Source: Nanobdellota archaeon (GTDB taxonomy: Archaea; Nanobdellota; Nanobdellia; Parvarchaeales; Parvarchaeaceae). Taken from it: a DNA stretch of 60,745 nt. A model generated the notes under the pieces. That model was not told the DNA's origin and did not search any database. It saw nothing but the letters and a program-made list of their open reading frames with translations. The stretch covers positions 1 to 60,745 of the forward strand of contig JAKAPM010000004.1 in the NCBI GenBank assembly GCA_021807085.1. The letters run 5' to 3'. Below, piece by piece: positions 45,604 through 54,347 of this stretch. Numbering within the stretch: the stretch's first letter is position 1; each line of letters starts with the position of its first letter. Made by a program: the position numbers and the translations under genes.

Positions 45604-46200
45604 GTGGTGTCCGTACCGATGAAAACGGCTATGTACGGGCTGCGGGAGTTGGAAGCGGCCCTCCCCGACTCGTTCGACTCCAAGACCATTCTCTGCCAGT
45701 CTCCGCTCATGAAAGCCACCGATCCCGAATGCGAAAAACTAGCGTATTTCTGCGACACCGGCAGGGCGCTGGAGCTGTATTACCAGGACGCGCACAACCT
45801 ATACCACTTCAGGACTCCGCCGGCAGATGTGGTCGTGACGCGCCTCTACCGTCTTCTGGATATGGATGACGCAAAAGCGGCGTTCCATTCTGTCGACAGG
45901 CTTTTCCATTCCAAGCTTCCGGTCTCGCTCTACGAGACGAGAAAACCGAGCGGGGAGGAAGTCAGGAAGATACTGAGGAAATCTTACGAGTCGCTCGGGG
46001 ACGACCTTGACGACGACCGCACGCACCTGGACGCGGTAGAAGTTGAACCGTACCGCGGCTTTGTCATAAACCGCGAGAAGGGGAAAATAATGAGAAGGCT
46101 TGAGTCTGGTGAGCCCACTGATATAATGATAGAAGTCTGTCTGGACAACACCAACTACAGCCTGTACGACATCGTGCGGGTTGTAGAGGCCCTCTCTTAG
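45604..46200 (+). CDS. Hypothetical protein
   Basis: 198 aa from the GTG at 45604, with an alternative ATG at 45619. No motif recognised. Confidence 0.5.
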   Translation: MVSVPMKTAMYGLRELEAALPDSFDSKTILCQSPLMKATDPECEKLAYFCDTGRALELYYQDAHNLYHFRTPPADVVVTRLYRLLDMDDAKAAFHSVDRLFHSKLPVSLYETRKPSGEEVRKILRKSYESLGDDLDDDRTHLDAVEVEPYRGFVINREKGKIMRRLESGEPTDIMIEVCLDNTNYSLYDIVRVVEALS

Positions 46201-46256
46201 CTGCAGCCGGATGCCGGCGAAAGGATTTATAGGCCGCCCACGCACTAATAATAAGT

Positions 46257-47153
46257 ATGTCTGAGACCGCTGGAAGGCTGAAAATGGGGATTCTGTTCGC
46301 GGTACTATCACTCATGCTCGTAGGGTTCGGCGGACTAATAGGCTATTTCACAGGCTACATAGTTGTGTGGATGTCGTTTTTCCTCGCCATAGCTGTGGTG
46401 ATGAACGTAGTCTCTTACCTCAAGAGCGATTCTATAGCGCTCAGAATGACCAAGTCAAAACTGGTCAGCAGGAACGACAATCCCAGGCTGTACGAGACGG
46501 TAGAAAAGGTGGCTAGTGACGCTGGGATACCCATGCCAAGAGTGGGCATCATGCGTACGCCGATACCGAACGCCTTCGCCACGGGGAGAGACAGGAACCA
46601 TTCCGTCGTGGTCGCCACCACGGGCATACTGGACATGCTCAACGACAACGAGCTGGAGGCGGTTCTCGGGCATGAGATAAGCCACATAACTCACAAAGAC
46701 ATCCTCATAACGACCATCGCGGCCACAATTGCAACGATAATTTCATACATAGGCAACATGATAATGTTTTCCATGTTCTTCGGAGAAGGGGAGAGGGGGA
46801 ACAACGGGATAATTCTTCTGGTAGCCGCAATACTCATACCGCTCGGCGCTATGTTCGTGCAGCTCGGGATATCCAGAGCCAGGGAAACGGAGGCGGACTC
46901 AGGCAGTGTCAGGCTCGTCAGGAAGCCGGACGCCCTGATATCGGCTCTAGAGAAGATAAGCAAACCCAGCCGGGCGCAGTTCTCTGCGAGCAGAAACCCA
47001 CAGGGAAACAGCCCGCAGCCTGGCGCCTATTCGTCGCTTTTCCTAGTCAATAATTTCGGGGGACATTCCCTGCTCAACCTTTTCTCTACGCATCCTCCTC
47101 TTGAAAAAAGGATAGCGAACATAAACAAGGTCAGGAAAGAATTGGGTATATAA
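46257..47153 (+). CDS. htpX: HtpX-type M48 zinc metalloprotease
   Basis: 298 aa with TM helices, HEISHITHKD (HExxH) and a downstream ETEAD. Confidence 0.85.
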   Translation: MSETAGRLKMGILFAVLSLMLVGFGGLIGYFTGYIVVWMSFFLAIAVVMNVVSYLKSDSIALRMTKSKLVSRNDNPRLYETVEKVASDAGIPMPRVGIMRTPIPNAFATGRDRNHSVVVATTGILDMLNDNELEAVLGHEISHITHKDILITTIAATIATIISYIGNMIMFSMFFGEGERGNNGIILLVAAILIPLGAMFVQLGISRARETEADSGSVRLVRKPDALISALEKISKPSRAQFSASRNPQGNSPQPGAYSSLFLVNNFGGHSLLNLFSTHPPLEKRIANINKVRKELGI

Positions 47154-47542
47154 CCGCTCACTGCGCCGGCTATTGTTCGTTATCTTCAGTTGCCACGTGC
47201 CAAAATGTCCGGTTTTACTGTACGATATTCCAAGATTTCCTTTTCTGAACTTGTATTGCTTGTCCGTATAGGACGCATATACGTTTGAATCGTACTCCCC
47301 CCTGTTTTTCGCAAGCCATGGCAATGGAGGATATGGAGAGTGGTTCAAACGTTGCCTGTTGCCTTTGGAACACCGAACGAATGGGTCTCGCTGGGCGTAA
47401 ATTTGTGCTGAAAGCGGCTAACCGCGTGTAGTACCAGAATGTACGCTGTCCGAGCCACTGAAAAGATTTAAGCCGTAGAAGCATTGATTCTTAGCTCTAG
47501 TGGAAAAACATTATTTAAGTCGCGAATTGGTAATTATTGGAT

Positions 47543-47616
47543 GCTCCCGTAGTCTAGCTTGGACAGAACGCTGGTTTGCGGAACCGGTGACCCAGGTTCA
47601 AATCCTGGCGGGGGCA
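47543..47616 (+). tRNA. tRNA-Arg (anticodon GCG)
   Basis: The acceptor is GCTCCCG/CGGGGGC. The anticodon stem-loop is CTGGT-TTGCGGA-ACCGG and the T-arm is CCAGGTTCAAATCCTGG. No encoded CCA. Confidence 0.8.
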
Positions 47617-47871
47617 CTGTTGTTTTGGGTAGCCAGGCAATTCGCAACTAATTTCGGTGCTTCTGGAGACGGTTGGAAGATGGGGGAGACATAGACAGAA
47701 TCAGATACTGTTAGGTACTAGCAAACTACAAAAGTCTTGTGGATTCTTTTAGGGATATCGGCCCTAGTAATGATAATTTATGCTTTTGGTATAAAGACTA
47801 ACTCCCTGATGGTATAGGCTTAAAAAGTCTGCCGTTTTCTAATACCTATAGAGAGACGCATTTATAGAGTT

Positions 47872-49299
47872 ATGAACAAAGGTAAAAAAAACGCTCCCTC
47901 CAACCTAGTCGACGCTATAAACGACTCCGCAGCTTCCGGATTCCACTACAAGACTTGGCTGATATCCGGTCTTGGTTTTTTCACCGACGCCTACGACCTT
48001 TTCATAATAGGGATAGTAGTAAGTCTCCTGCCGATAGCCGGATGGAACAGCATACCTGCCTTCCAAATAGCGCTGGTGAGCTCGACGTCCCTGGTCGCCG
48101 CCATAATCGGCGCGACCGTCTTCGGAAGGCTTCTTGACCGTTTAGGCAGGAAGGCTGTATACGGGATAGAACTCATACTGATGGTCGCCGGTGCGCTGGG
48201 CAGTGCACTGCTTACGCCGGTGAACGGCGTTTACTTTCTAATAGCCTGGAGATTCGTGCTTGGTGTGGGAATAGGCGGGGATTATGCCACGAGCTCGGTC
48301 ATAATGAGCGAATATTCGAACACGAGGAATCGCGGCCGTTTCATAGGCATGGTGTTTTCGATGCAGAGCATAGGTCTTTTGGCAGGTCCCCTGATCGCGC
48401 TTGCTTTCATGACGGGAGGAGTGTCTCCGGCGATGACGTGGAGGGCGTTGCTTGCGATAGGTGCGATACCTGCCGCGGTTGTCGTATACTACAGAAGGAA
48501 GATGCCGGAGACCCCTAAATACAGCGCTCTGGTCCGCGGCGAACATTCCGCCGCGTTGTCGAATCTCAGGAAGTATACTGGAATAGCGCTAAAATCCTCT
48601 AAGAGAAAAGTTATGACTGTAAGGAGACTGTCCCTGTACCAGATACTGTCCAATCGCAGGCTGGTGGTGTTGATAATAGCGACAGCAGGCACTTGGTTCT
48701 TCATGGACTGGGCGCTCTACGGAAACTCGATTATGTCAAGCACGATGCTGGGTTTTTTAGTCCCATCTACCGTAACCGGCATAAGTCATCTTATAAGGAC
48801 CACCGAATATTCGGCGTTGATATTCGGGATAGCCGCTTTTCCAGGCTACTGGATAGCGACGTTCACTATAGACAGGATAGGGAGAAAGACGATACAGACC
48901 GTCGGTTTTATGATGATGGCCGTGTCCTTCGGGATACTCGGATTGATACCATCGCTCAACAGTGCTGCGTACGTTGTACAGTTCCTGATACTCTACGGGA
49001 TAAGTTATTTCTTCATAGAGTTCGGACCTAACGTCACGACGTTTGTGTACCCTACAGAAGTGTTTCCGATCTCTGCTAGAGGCACTGGCGCGGGGATGGC
49101 TGCGGCTGGCGGCAAACTCGGCGCGTTCATAGGGACTTTCCTCAGCATATTCATAATAGGCGCGCTGCACGAATCCGGCCTGTTTCTCATACTGTCGGCG
49201 TTCGCAATCGCCGGTCTGGTGCTGACGCTGCTGCTGCTTCCCGAGACGAAAAGGAAATCCATAGAGGAAGTGTCCCGGGAATCGGATTTCTACAAGTGA
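47872..49299 (+). CDS. MFS transporter, Pho84-like inorganic phosphate:H+ symporter family
   Basis: 475 aa with about 12 TM segments. Motifs include GRLLDRLGRKAVYG and GIGGDYATSSVIMSEYSNTRNRGRFIG. Confidence 0.75.
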   Translation: MNKGKKNAPSNLVDAINDSAASGFHYKTWLISGLGFFTDAYDLFIIGIVVSLLPIAGWNSIPAFQIALVSSTSLVAAIIGATVFGRLLDRLGRKAVYGIELILMVAGALGSALLTPVNGVYFLIAWRFVLGVGIGGDYATSSVIMSEYSNTRNRGRFIGMVFSMQSIGLLAGPLIALAFMTGGVSPAMTWRALLAIGAIPAAVVVYYRRKMPETPKYSALVRGEHSAALSNLRKYTGIALKSSKRKVMTVRRLSLYQILSNRRLVVLIIATAGTWFFMDWALYGNSIMSSTMLGFLVPSTVTGISHLIRTTEYSALIFGIAAFPGYWIATFTIDRIGRKTIQTVGFMMMAVSFGILGLIPSLNSAAYVVQFLILYGISYFFIEFGPNVTTFVYPTEVFPISARGTGAGMAAAGGKLGAFIGTFLSIFIIGALHESGLFLILSAFAIAGLVLTLLLLPETKRKSIEEVSRESDFYK

Positions 49300-49464
49300 A
49301 CTGTGTAAGTTAACCGGCAGTGTATCGAAGCACGTAATACAGAGAGGACTATAAGAATAGCGCAAGAACGGATTCCAGCGTGCACGCTTATGCAGCTGGC
49401 GTAGGATATATCACACAGTTATAATCTCATTTATATACCGAGAGCATAATAACTTTTAGAGATT

Positions 49465-49857
49465 ATGACTACTTCGGTGTGCAAATGCTACAAGTGTGGA
49501 TATAAGTTCAACTACGAATTCATCGTAGGTGCCTCGATTTACACCATAAGAATTGGTACAAAGAGGATATTCCGCTGTCCTAGGTGCCATACGCTTCAGA
49601 AGTTTGACCTCATGACGAAAGGTCCTGACGGCTCCCTGAAGACTTACGGTGATTCCGCTGAGATAGGAATCGGCGCGAAAGTGTTTGCTCTCATCCTTGT
49701 GCCCACACTTGCACTGCTGCTCGGAGGGGCCTTCTCGTTCAGTATTTTCATATACCCGATATACCTGCATATAGCGCTTATAATCGCGGGGGTGGCATGG
49801 ATGGCCATTTACCTCACATACCTGATAATATCGGTAGGGCCAAAGAAGGAGAAATGA
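49465..49857 (+). CDS. Zinc-ribbon membrane protein
   Basis: 130 aa with CKCYKCG...RCPRCH followed by 2-3 TM helices. Confidence 0.5.
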   Translation: MTTSVCKCYKCGYKFNYEFIVGASIYTIRIGTKRIFRCPRCHTLQKFDLMTKGPDGSLKTYGDSAEIGIGAKVFALILVPTLALLLGGAFSFSIFIYPIYLHIALIIAGVAWMAIYLTYLIISVGPKKEK

Positions 49858-49861
49858 CTTT

Positions 49862-50419
49862 ATGGTATACACATTCCTGCTGTCCATCGGAACCGGTCTG
49901 AACCTTATCCTGCTCGTAATGCCTGCGATGGGCGTATTTGTCATAGCGATGGCTCTGATAAGCAAAAAGAAGAACGAGAACACGCGCGGCATAAAAACCA
50001 TATTTTACACGATGCTCGGTATAGGTGTGTTTATGATCGCGCTGGGCATATTCTTGATGTTCCAGATAGATATGCCGGCCAGCATAAGCATAGGAAACGG
50101 CTGGGTTTCGACCAATACGAATTCCCTTTTCGGCACCGGCAACATCAACATAACGGCGACGCAAATATCTGGGGCTTACATCGCTAACATAAAAACTGGA
50201 AACATCACACTATCGTTCAGAAAGGACGGCACAAGCAACGGCTACGGCTTCAATACGGGCTTGTTCCTGCTCAGCAACGGCGCCACCGCAAATGTAGCAT
50301 CCTCCAATAGCACAGACATAATAATAAAACTCAACGACGGAGGATATGTCATACTCGGGGACAACGACACATCACTGCTGGCTTCCGTTTTCTCCAAAAA
50401 CGTATACAATATAAGTTAG
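49862..50419 (+). CDS. Membrane protein with a C-terminal extracytoplasmic domain
   Basis: 185 aa with three N-terminal TM helices, then an N/G/S/T-rich domain. It starts 5 nt after the previous gene. Confidence 0.5.
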   Translation: MVYTFLLSIGTGLNLILLVMPAMGVFVIAMALISKKKNENTRGIKTIFYTMLGIGVFMIALGIFLMFQIDMPASISIGNGWVSTNTNSLFGTGNINITATQISGAYIANIKTGNITLSFRKDGTSNGYGFNTGLFLLSNGATANVASSNSTDIIIKLNDGGYVILGDNDTSLLASVFSKNVYNIS

Positions 50420-50443
50420 CTAAGAGTTAAGTTAGCTAAGAGT
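50413..50443. repeat. Tandem duplication of a 16-nt unit (aagttagctaagagt[t])
   Basis: The 15-nt core is identical at 50413-50427 and 50429-50443. The first copy contains the stop codon of 49862..50419. Confidence 0.9.
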
Positions 50444-50453
50444 CTATCTTTCT

Positions 50454-50921
50454 ATGGGCAGACGACTCAGATGGCTGAAGACCAGAGTATTGGATAATGC
50501 GGCGATAGGCCAGGCTCTGGCTGTGCCGCTGGGGCTGTCGATAGGCATAGCGAACTGGACGAAAGACTTCGCACAGAACAGCTATATAGTGGCGCCGTCC
50601 TTCTACTCCAATATTTACACGACGGGGGAGACATGGTACGCGATAGCACTGGCTACAGAGCTGCTCGCCGTGCTCGGATTCGTCCTATTCTCCAGAAGAA
50701 GGCGACAGACTGCTTACCTAGCACTAGTCTACGGGGCGTTCAGCGGCCTAAATACCTACTTCTACATACTTAGGGTAAGCAACAGGCTGTCCGTCTTTTG
50801 GTATGGCATACTCTGGAACGATGTTTTCAACTACGCACAGATACCACTCCTTATACTGATAGGATTCTCGTATTTCGGAATAATGGGCAAAGTATGGAGA
50901 TTTCTCAAAAGAAAAATTTAA
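50454..50921 (+). CDS. Four-TM membrane protein
   Basis: 155 aa and hydrophobic. No motif recognised. Confidence 0.45.
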   Translation: MGRRLRWLKTRVLDNAAIGQALAVPLGLSIGIANWTKDFAQNSYIVAPSFYSNIYTTGETWYAIALATELLAVLGFVLFSRRRRQTAYLALVYGAFSGLNTYFYILRVSNRLSVFWYGILWNDVFNYAQIPLLILIGFSYFGIMGKVWRFLKRKI

Positions 50922-50982
50922 ATGTGAGCCACTGGGGATTTCGGTTAGTCCTCTTTCATATTGTATATATAGTATCACAAAA

Positions 50983-51972
50983 TCAGCTGAGTTTGAGGAT
51001 TATCCCACCCAAACCCTGCAACTGGTCCAATGAATCGTCCTTCTCGTCGAAAAACACTATGTCGACGTTCCCGGCATCCAGCTGGTTTATCGCATCCTTG
51101 TTGAAAAGAACGTACTCCTTCGTAACTATCGCCTGCACGACGGCAGTTTCGCCCGTTGCAGCCCTGACCGCATCCTTTCCGTAAACGTATTTCTCATCCC
51201 CTTTCGATATCCCCCCGACGTATTCTCCTATAAGGTTCCTCTGCGTCGCAATTTTGGTCCTGCTTATAAGCTCGTTTATCCTATCCTTGCCCACAAGCTC
51301 TTTGAGCCCGGTGTCGGCGTACGAAACGGTTTCGTAGACGATATCTAGGTCCTTCAAGACACCGCGTCTTAGATCCTCATTGTCGATGGCAGTGCCGGCG
51401 ACTATGAAAACATTCCATTTTCTCCTGCTGTACTCTTCGACCAGTGCCTTTCCGAGCTTATCGAGGAAAACTAACCTGCTGTCATTTTTGAACCGCTTCC
51501 CCTGCACGTTGTGCTTAACCTCGTACATTCGCCTAAGGGAATAGTTTGATATTGAATACATGATGGCATATCCTGGTTCGTAAACGCACACGAAAACCTT
51601 CGGGGATCTTTCCTGTGCATTCTTTATCAAACGGACCTGAAAGCCGAGTATCTTATCTTTCCTGACGGTGAAGGCCGTCTTTACGCGCAGGTCGAGCGTG
51701 TGGTATTTGTGGAGGGGGATATCCTCATCGGATGTATAGAATATCTTCCCCCCTACACGCAGCGAGCCGCTCTCCAGTCCTATCGTCTCGACCTCTATCC
51801 CTATCTTCACGACCTTTATCACCTGCTCGTCGCCTATCGCGACTTTTCTCTTTGAGTAGGAAACTAGCCTATCCCCCCTCTCAATGATGTATTGCAGTAC
51901 GACTAGGTCATCGTAAGAGTTTATCAGTCCGCGGATGATGTTCTTTTTTGTATCAATTTTCAGTAGTTTCAT
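50983..51972 (-). CDS. pelA: Pelota (Dom34-like mRNA surveillance factor)
   Basis: 329 aa. It has a typical pelota N-terminus (MKLLKIDTKKNIIRGLINSYDDLVVLQYIIERGDRL) and an eRF1-like central and C-terminal layout. Confidence 0.75.
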   Translation of the reverse strand: MKLLKIDTKKNIIRGLINSYDDLVVLQYIIERGDRLVSYSKRKVAIGDEQVIKVVKIGIEVETIGLESGSLRVGGKIFYTSDEDIPLHKYHTLDLRVKTAFTVRKDKILGFQVRLIKNAQERSPKVFVCVYEPGYAIMYSISNYSLRRMYEVKHNVQGKRFKNDSRLVFLDKLGKALVEEYSRRKWNVFIVAGTAIDNEDLRRGVLKDLDIVYETVSYADTGLKELVGKDRINELISRTKIATQRNLIGEYVGGISKGDEKYVYGKDAVRAATGETAVVQAIVTKEYVLFNKDAINQLDAGNVDIVFFDEKDDSLDQLQGLGGIILKLS

Positions 51973-53075
51973 AGCAGTTCGGCAACAGTGTACGCCATAC
52001 CTAGAAGCATCACTACGGCAGTGAACAGTATGAGGTAGTCGTTACCGGGTACCTTGTACTCCACATGCCTACTGCCCCTCTTACGGGCTAGATATACAGC
52101 AGCAAGCACTATCAGCGACAGAAGGGAAATGAATATTCCACCCGTCAGCTCCAGAACGTAAACGAAATTCAGGTCAAAAAGAGCGAATATCAGAGGGACC
52201 AGCAGCGCTGGCAGTAGCGAAAGCCTGCGATCCAGCTTGAAATCGTACGAGAAGGAGTCCATTAGCACCAGACTAAGCGCCAGATACGGCGTTATCAGCA
52301 GGAATATTGTGGTGAAAGAGAAGAGGACGTTGTAGTACACGGAGTGTATGGAGTTCGTAGCTACCTCTGCCACCGAACTGCCGAACGCACCAAGGAAGGC
52401 GAAAGTGAAAAAAAGGTATATTGCTATGGCTATCACGAACGAAACAAGTATCACGCTAGTCAGTTTTTTAGTGCCGCCGAGCTCTGCCTTTATCTCAGGT
52501 ATGACTGTGTAGCCGGTCATGGCGAAGAGCACGATTCCGAAAGGACCCAAAAAGCCACCGAAATTCGAGCGCACGATATTACCCAGATTAACCAGTGTAA
52601 GGACTGAGATGGACGAAGCCAGTATGAGCCCTATCTTTATGAACAGCAGAGGCACCTCCGCTTCTTCGACCTGCCTGTATCCCTTGTATATCAAAGGGAG
52701 TGACAGCAGGAATATTAGAATGACGGAAACATCGAAAGGCAAGCCAAATATAAATACTAGGACCAGCGCTATGCCGGAAAGGTAAGCTATCTGCGCGCCG
52801 TATATGGTGAGTACCTGGACCACCAGCACCAAGAACCTGAACTTCTTCCCAACGTATTCGCTCACCATGACAGGCAATTGGTGGAAGCGCCTGAACCTGC
52901 TGGACAGTTCTCCTGTGTACATAGTTATCAAGATAGATGCGAATCCAAGGAGCGCAAAAATACCTATGGCTGGTATGAAGCCGCTTTTCGACACGGCGTA
53001 AGGAAGCCCGAGTATGCCTCCACCAACTATCGTCCCGACCGTCGTACTGACAGCAGCTAAGTATCTTTGATCCAT
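51969..53075 (-). CDS. Amino acid permease-like transporter
   Basis: 368 aa with about 10-11 TM segments. The N-terminal motif TTVGTIVGGGILGLPYAV is typical of amino-acid/auxin-type and Trp/Tyr permeases. Confidence 0.5.
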   Translation of the reverse strand: MDQRYLAAVSTTVGTIVGGGILGLPYAVSKSGFIPAIGIFALLGFASILITMYTGELSSRFRRFHQLPVMVSEYVGKKFRFLVLVVQVLTIYGAQIAYLSGIALVLVFIFGLPFDVSVILIFLLSLPLIYKGYRQVEEAEVPLLFIKIGLILASSISVLTLVNLGNIVRSNFGGFLGPFGIVLFAMTGYTVIPEIKAELGGTKKLTSVILVSFVIAIAIYLFFTFAFLGAFGSSVAEVATNSIHSVYYNVLFSFTTIFLLITPYLALSLVLMDSFSYDFKLDRRLSLLPALLVPLIFALFDLNFVYVLELTGGIFISLLSLIVLAAVYLARKRGSRHVEYKVPGNDYLILFTAVVMLLGMAYTVAELL

Positions 53076-53120
53076 ACAATTAATATTATATTTAAACGGC
53101 TGTATTACTAATATGCTTAA

Positions 53121-53193
53121 GCCCCTGTAGTCTAGAGGCCAAGGACAGCGGCCTCTCGAGTCGCAGACCCGGGTTCAAATCCCGGCAGGGGCA
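53121..53193 (+). tRNA. tRNA-Glu (anticodon CUC)
   Basis: The acceptor is GCCCCTG/CAGGGGC. The anticodon stem-loop is GCGGC-CTCTCGA-GTCGC and the T-arm is CCGGGTTCAAATCCCGG. No encoded CCA. Confidence 0.85.
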
Positions 53194-53639
53194 ATGGGAG
53201 AAAACGGGGAAAGAAGCAAGAGAGACTAACTCTCTTAAGAATTACTAGTTTTATACTTATTGCGACTAGCTATTTTTGGTTTTCTTTGATTTTACTTTCA
53301 AAAACTATAGAGATGACGTATACCATACTTTTTACCGGCTTTTTAATCAACTTAACCGCATTCGGAATGATTATTTATTCAGAAGTAAAACGCCAAGAGG
53401 TCCACCGACTATGATAATCGCCGCTACAAACACCGCAGATTCACTCGAGATAACTGCACCAACTATGCCAATAATTGCCTGGATCCGGACTTAAAACTGT
53501 CCCGTTACCGATTCCAAACAAAAGAGAAACGTATGCTGCCACACGAAACGCTGTCTTTGGACTCGATCAGTTTTCTGAGGTTTTTAGTTGTATATCCATT
53601 TTTTATTACATCAGTCTAACAATGAAATGCATCGTAAAT

Positions 53640-54182
53640 TTATATTATTTTAATTAATTTTGGACTAATCTTTAGCATATTTCTAACATAGCTTATTGAG
53701 CGCATCAAATCTTTAGTTTTCATTATAATTTTTCTACCTGACCAAGGATCAAATATTGTTGCTTTTTCACTATCGATAGCGCTTAGAATTACAAAGTGTG
53801 AATAATGGTATATTTTTTCCAAAGTAAACATATCTATGTAAATAATCACTGGCCCTCCTTGTGTTATTTCTTTTAAAAATTTAAAATTGATTTTCTTAGA
53901 ATATAATTTAACATTTCTAGGCAGTCTCAATTTATTCAATACTTTATAAAAGACAGCGAAATCTATATACTGTTCAAAAGTCAACTTTGGGAATTTTTTG
54001 GCTAAATATACCAAATGCCCAGTTGAAAAATCTAAGCGCGTAAATTTTAAACCCTCGAAAAGTATATTAAATTCTTCCTTAACATTTAATTTTATCCCAT
54101 TTTGGTAGTATAAAAGACTAAGCAAACAAACCGAGAGACAACTTTCTGACGTCCTTTGTCTACGAATAATGATGATGCTCAT
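53640..54182 (-). CDS. Stand-alone peptidase C39-like (papain-fold) cysteine peptidase
   Basis: 180 aa. A Q-x5-C context (RQRTSESCLSVCLL) and an H...DP context (YHYSHFVILSAIDSEKATIFDPWSG) match the C39 catalytic layout. The gene is very AT-rich. Confidence 0.6.
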   Translation of the reverse strand: MSIIIIRRQRTSESCLSVCLLSLLYYQNGIKLNVKEEFNILFEGLKFTRLDFSTGHLVYLAKKFPKLTFEQYIDFAVFYKVLNKLRLPRNVKLYSKKINFKFLKEITQGGPVIIYIDMFTLEKIYHYSHFVILSAIDSEKATIFDPWSGRKIIMKTKDLMRSISYVRNMLKISPKLIKII

Positions 54183-54347
54183 AGAGCTATTTGGCTATTA
54201 GCATTAAAAAGCATATCATCCAAACTAATTTTGAAACACCCTTCCAACTATCACAAGCATACCTATGGCAGGCCGAAGCAAAACAGTAGAAACGCACAAC
54301 GAGATATCTGATTTTTAGAGAATTCCGCTATAAATACAAACCATAAC

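Noticed and set aside
47420-47542. Possible 5S rRNA just upstream of tRNA-Arg (UCCGAGCCACUGAAAAGAUUUAAGCC resembles the loop C region UCCGAAC...GGUUAAGCC)
   Set aside because: I could not fold a helix I from the flanks or find the loop E / GGGAA region. The similarity is confined to about 15 nt. It is left inside the broader candidate ncRNA finding.
53276-53657. Short ORFs next to the C39-like peptidase screened as possible Gly-Gly-leader peptides (53276..53494 plus strand; hand-translated minus-strand frames around 53400-53560)
   Set aside because: None has a credible start codon together with a leader-GG-core layout. One hydrophobic frame (…IQAIIGIVGAVISSESAVFVAAIIIVGGPLGVLLLNK*) lacks an initiation codon.
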